A stretch of DNA of 64,000 bases, from positions 11,284,001 through 11,348,000 of the forward strand of contig NC_135250.1 of the NCBI RefSeq assembly GCF_964204865.1, in the 5' to 3' direction. Below the pieces are notes generated by a model that did not search any database, was not told where the DNA came from, and saw only the letters and a list, made by a program, of their open reading frames with translations. A program made the translations under genes and the position numbers. Source of the stretch: Styela clava. Taxonomy: Eukaryota. Of the stretch, positions 63,271 to 64,000 are shown one piece after another (the first letter of the stretch is position 1; every line of letters begins with the position of its first letter).

Positions 63271-64000
63271 CTACATAATGGTTCGTATTGCTTCATTAAG
63301 TCTATCGTCGTTAAGAGAAACTTGTGCGGAGGTTGCATTTTCATTTTTACAACAAAGCACACAAGGAAAAAGTTTTTCTTCCCAGTCCACAAAGCAAAAT
63401 AGAAGACAGCACATATTTATAAGAGAATTGACGGATAAAAAATAAACTTCAATCTCCGCGAAGATGACAATTGTTGTTATGTCTGTCATAACAGCAACAA
63501 ATGTAGCTATGGTAGATCGTTTCAATAGTTTTATCAAATGATCAGGTGGTCTGTGATTTTGGTGTATATATTTCACGCTACGTTGGTGCCTGATTAAAGG
63601 GATTATGAATAAAAGCAGCGAGGCAATTTGATTTTCGAGCTGGATGAATAATAGGGAATATGAAAGAAATTTCCATTCACTAACTTTGTATGTCTTGCTT
63701 ACGCTAAACAAAAACGTTATGGGGGCAAAGACGTGTATCAATATAAAACAACCCTGACAGTAACTAAACATTTTTAAACATTTGGACGAAAGTCGTTTCA
63801 AAGTCGGCTCTGTAATGAACATTGCTTGGCGAAACCATAATGATATGTAAATACTATTTAGGAAACATATATAGAGAACCGTTAAAGCGTCATAAAAATT
63901 CACATAGACTACTGCATTACATATCGTGTTTCCTTCTGAATGCAGCACACAATATATATTGTGCGCTGAAAAGCAAATATTCATCGATATACCAAGAATT
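63271..64000 (-). CDS. Intronless orphan 7TM (GPCR-like) paralogue, 5' end outside window
   Basis: Collinear with 59842-60774 (same LWFRQAMFITEPTLKRLSSKC, PLIRHQRSVKY and terminal IM-stop). The frame stays open to the window edge (ILGISMNIC vs IFGISMNMC). Confidence 0.8.
   Translation of the reverse strand, partial: ILGISMNICFSAHNIYCVLHSEGNTICNAVVYVNFYDALTVLYICFLNSIYISLWFRQAMFITEPTLKRLSSKCLKMFSYCQGCFILIHVFAPITFLFSVSKTYKVSEWKFLSYSLLFIQLENQIASLLLFIIPLIRHQRSVKYIHQNHRPPDHLIKLLKRSTIATFVAVMTDITTIVIFAEIEVYFLSVNSLINMCCLLFCFVDWEEKLFPCVLCCKNENATSAQVSLNDDRLNEAIRTIM

Larger units (their letters stand above)
59470..64000. repeat. Tandem segmental duplication carrying the 7TM gene and its 3' flank
   Basis: Shared non-coding blocks: TTCAAGAAGACTTGATA (~59504 / ~62357), AAACATCTGAGCAA (~59575 / ~62437), GATTTTTATTCAGTT and GGAGGATAAACCA (~59728 / ~63112). 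Confidence 0.9.

Overview
AT-rich eukaryotic DNA with many short introns. The source is probably an invertebrate chordate such as an ascidian; this is inferred from the vertebrate-type titin architecture in a compact genome. About 57 kb of the minus strand is one giant titin/connectin gene with roughly 180-200 exons (estimated, not counted exactly), and it runs off the left edge. I spliced it by hand and found no frameshift. Domain order from an ATG at 56080: one Ig, an RRGS/acidic linker, an N2A-type module (Ig80-like, UN2A helical insert, Ig81-like), about 21 tandem Ig with no PEVK, an I/A junction with a run of six Fn3, six 7-domain D-zone super-repeats, four complete 11-domain C-zone super-repeats and the start of a fifth. 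The main oddity is that the gene appears to START at N2A, with no Z-disc, proximal Ig or PEVK. This gives an IGFN1/MyBP-C-like head on a full vertebrate-type thick-filament ruler. Upstream are two tandem intronless orphan 7TM receptor paralogues, one with a hAT MITE whose empty site survives in the other copy. Introns contain a second hAT MITE, retroposon/SINE remnants, three GC-AG donors, a candidate 24-nt microexon and a duplication across a splice donor.
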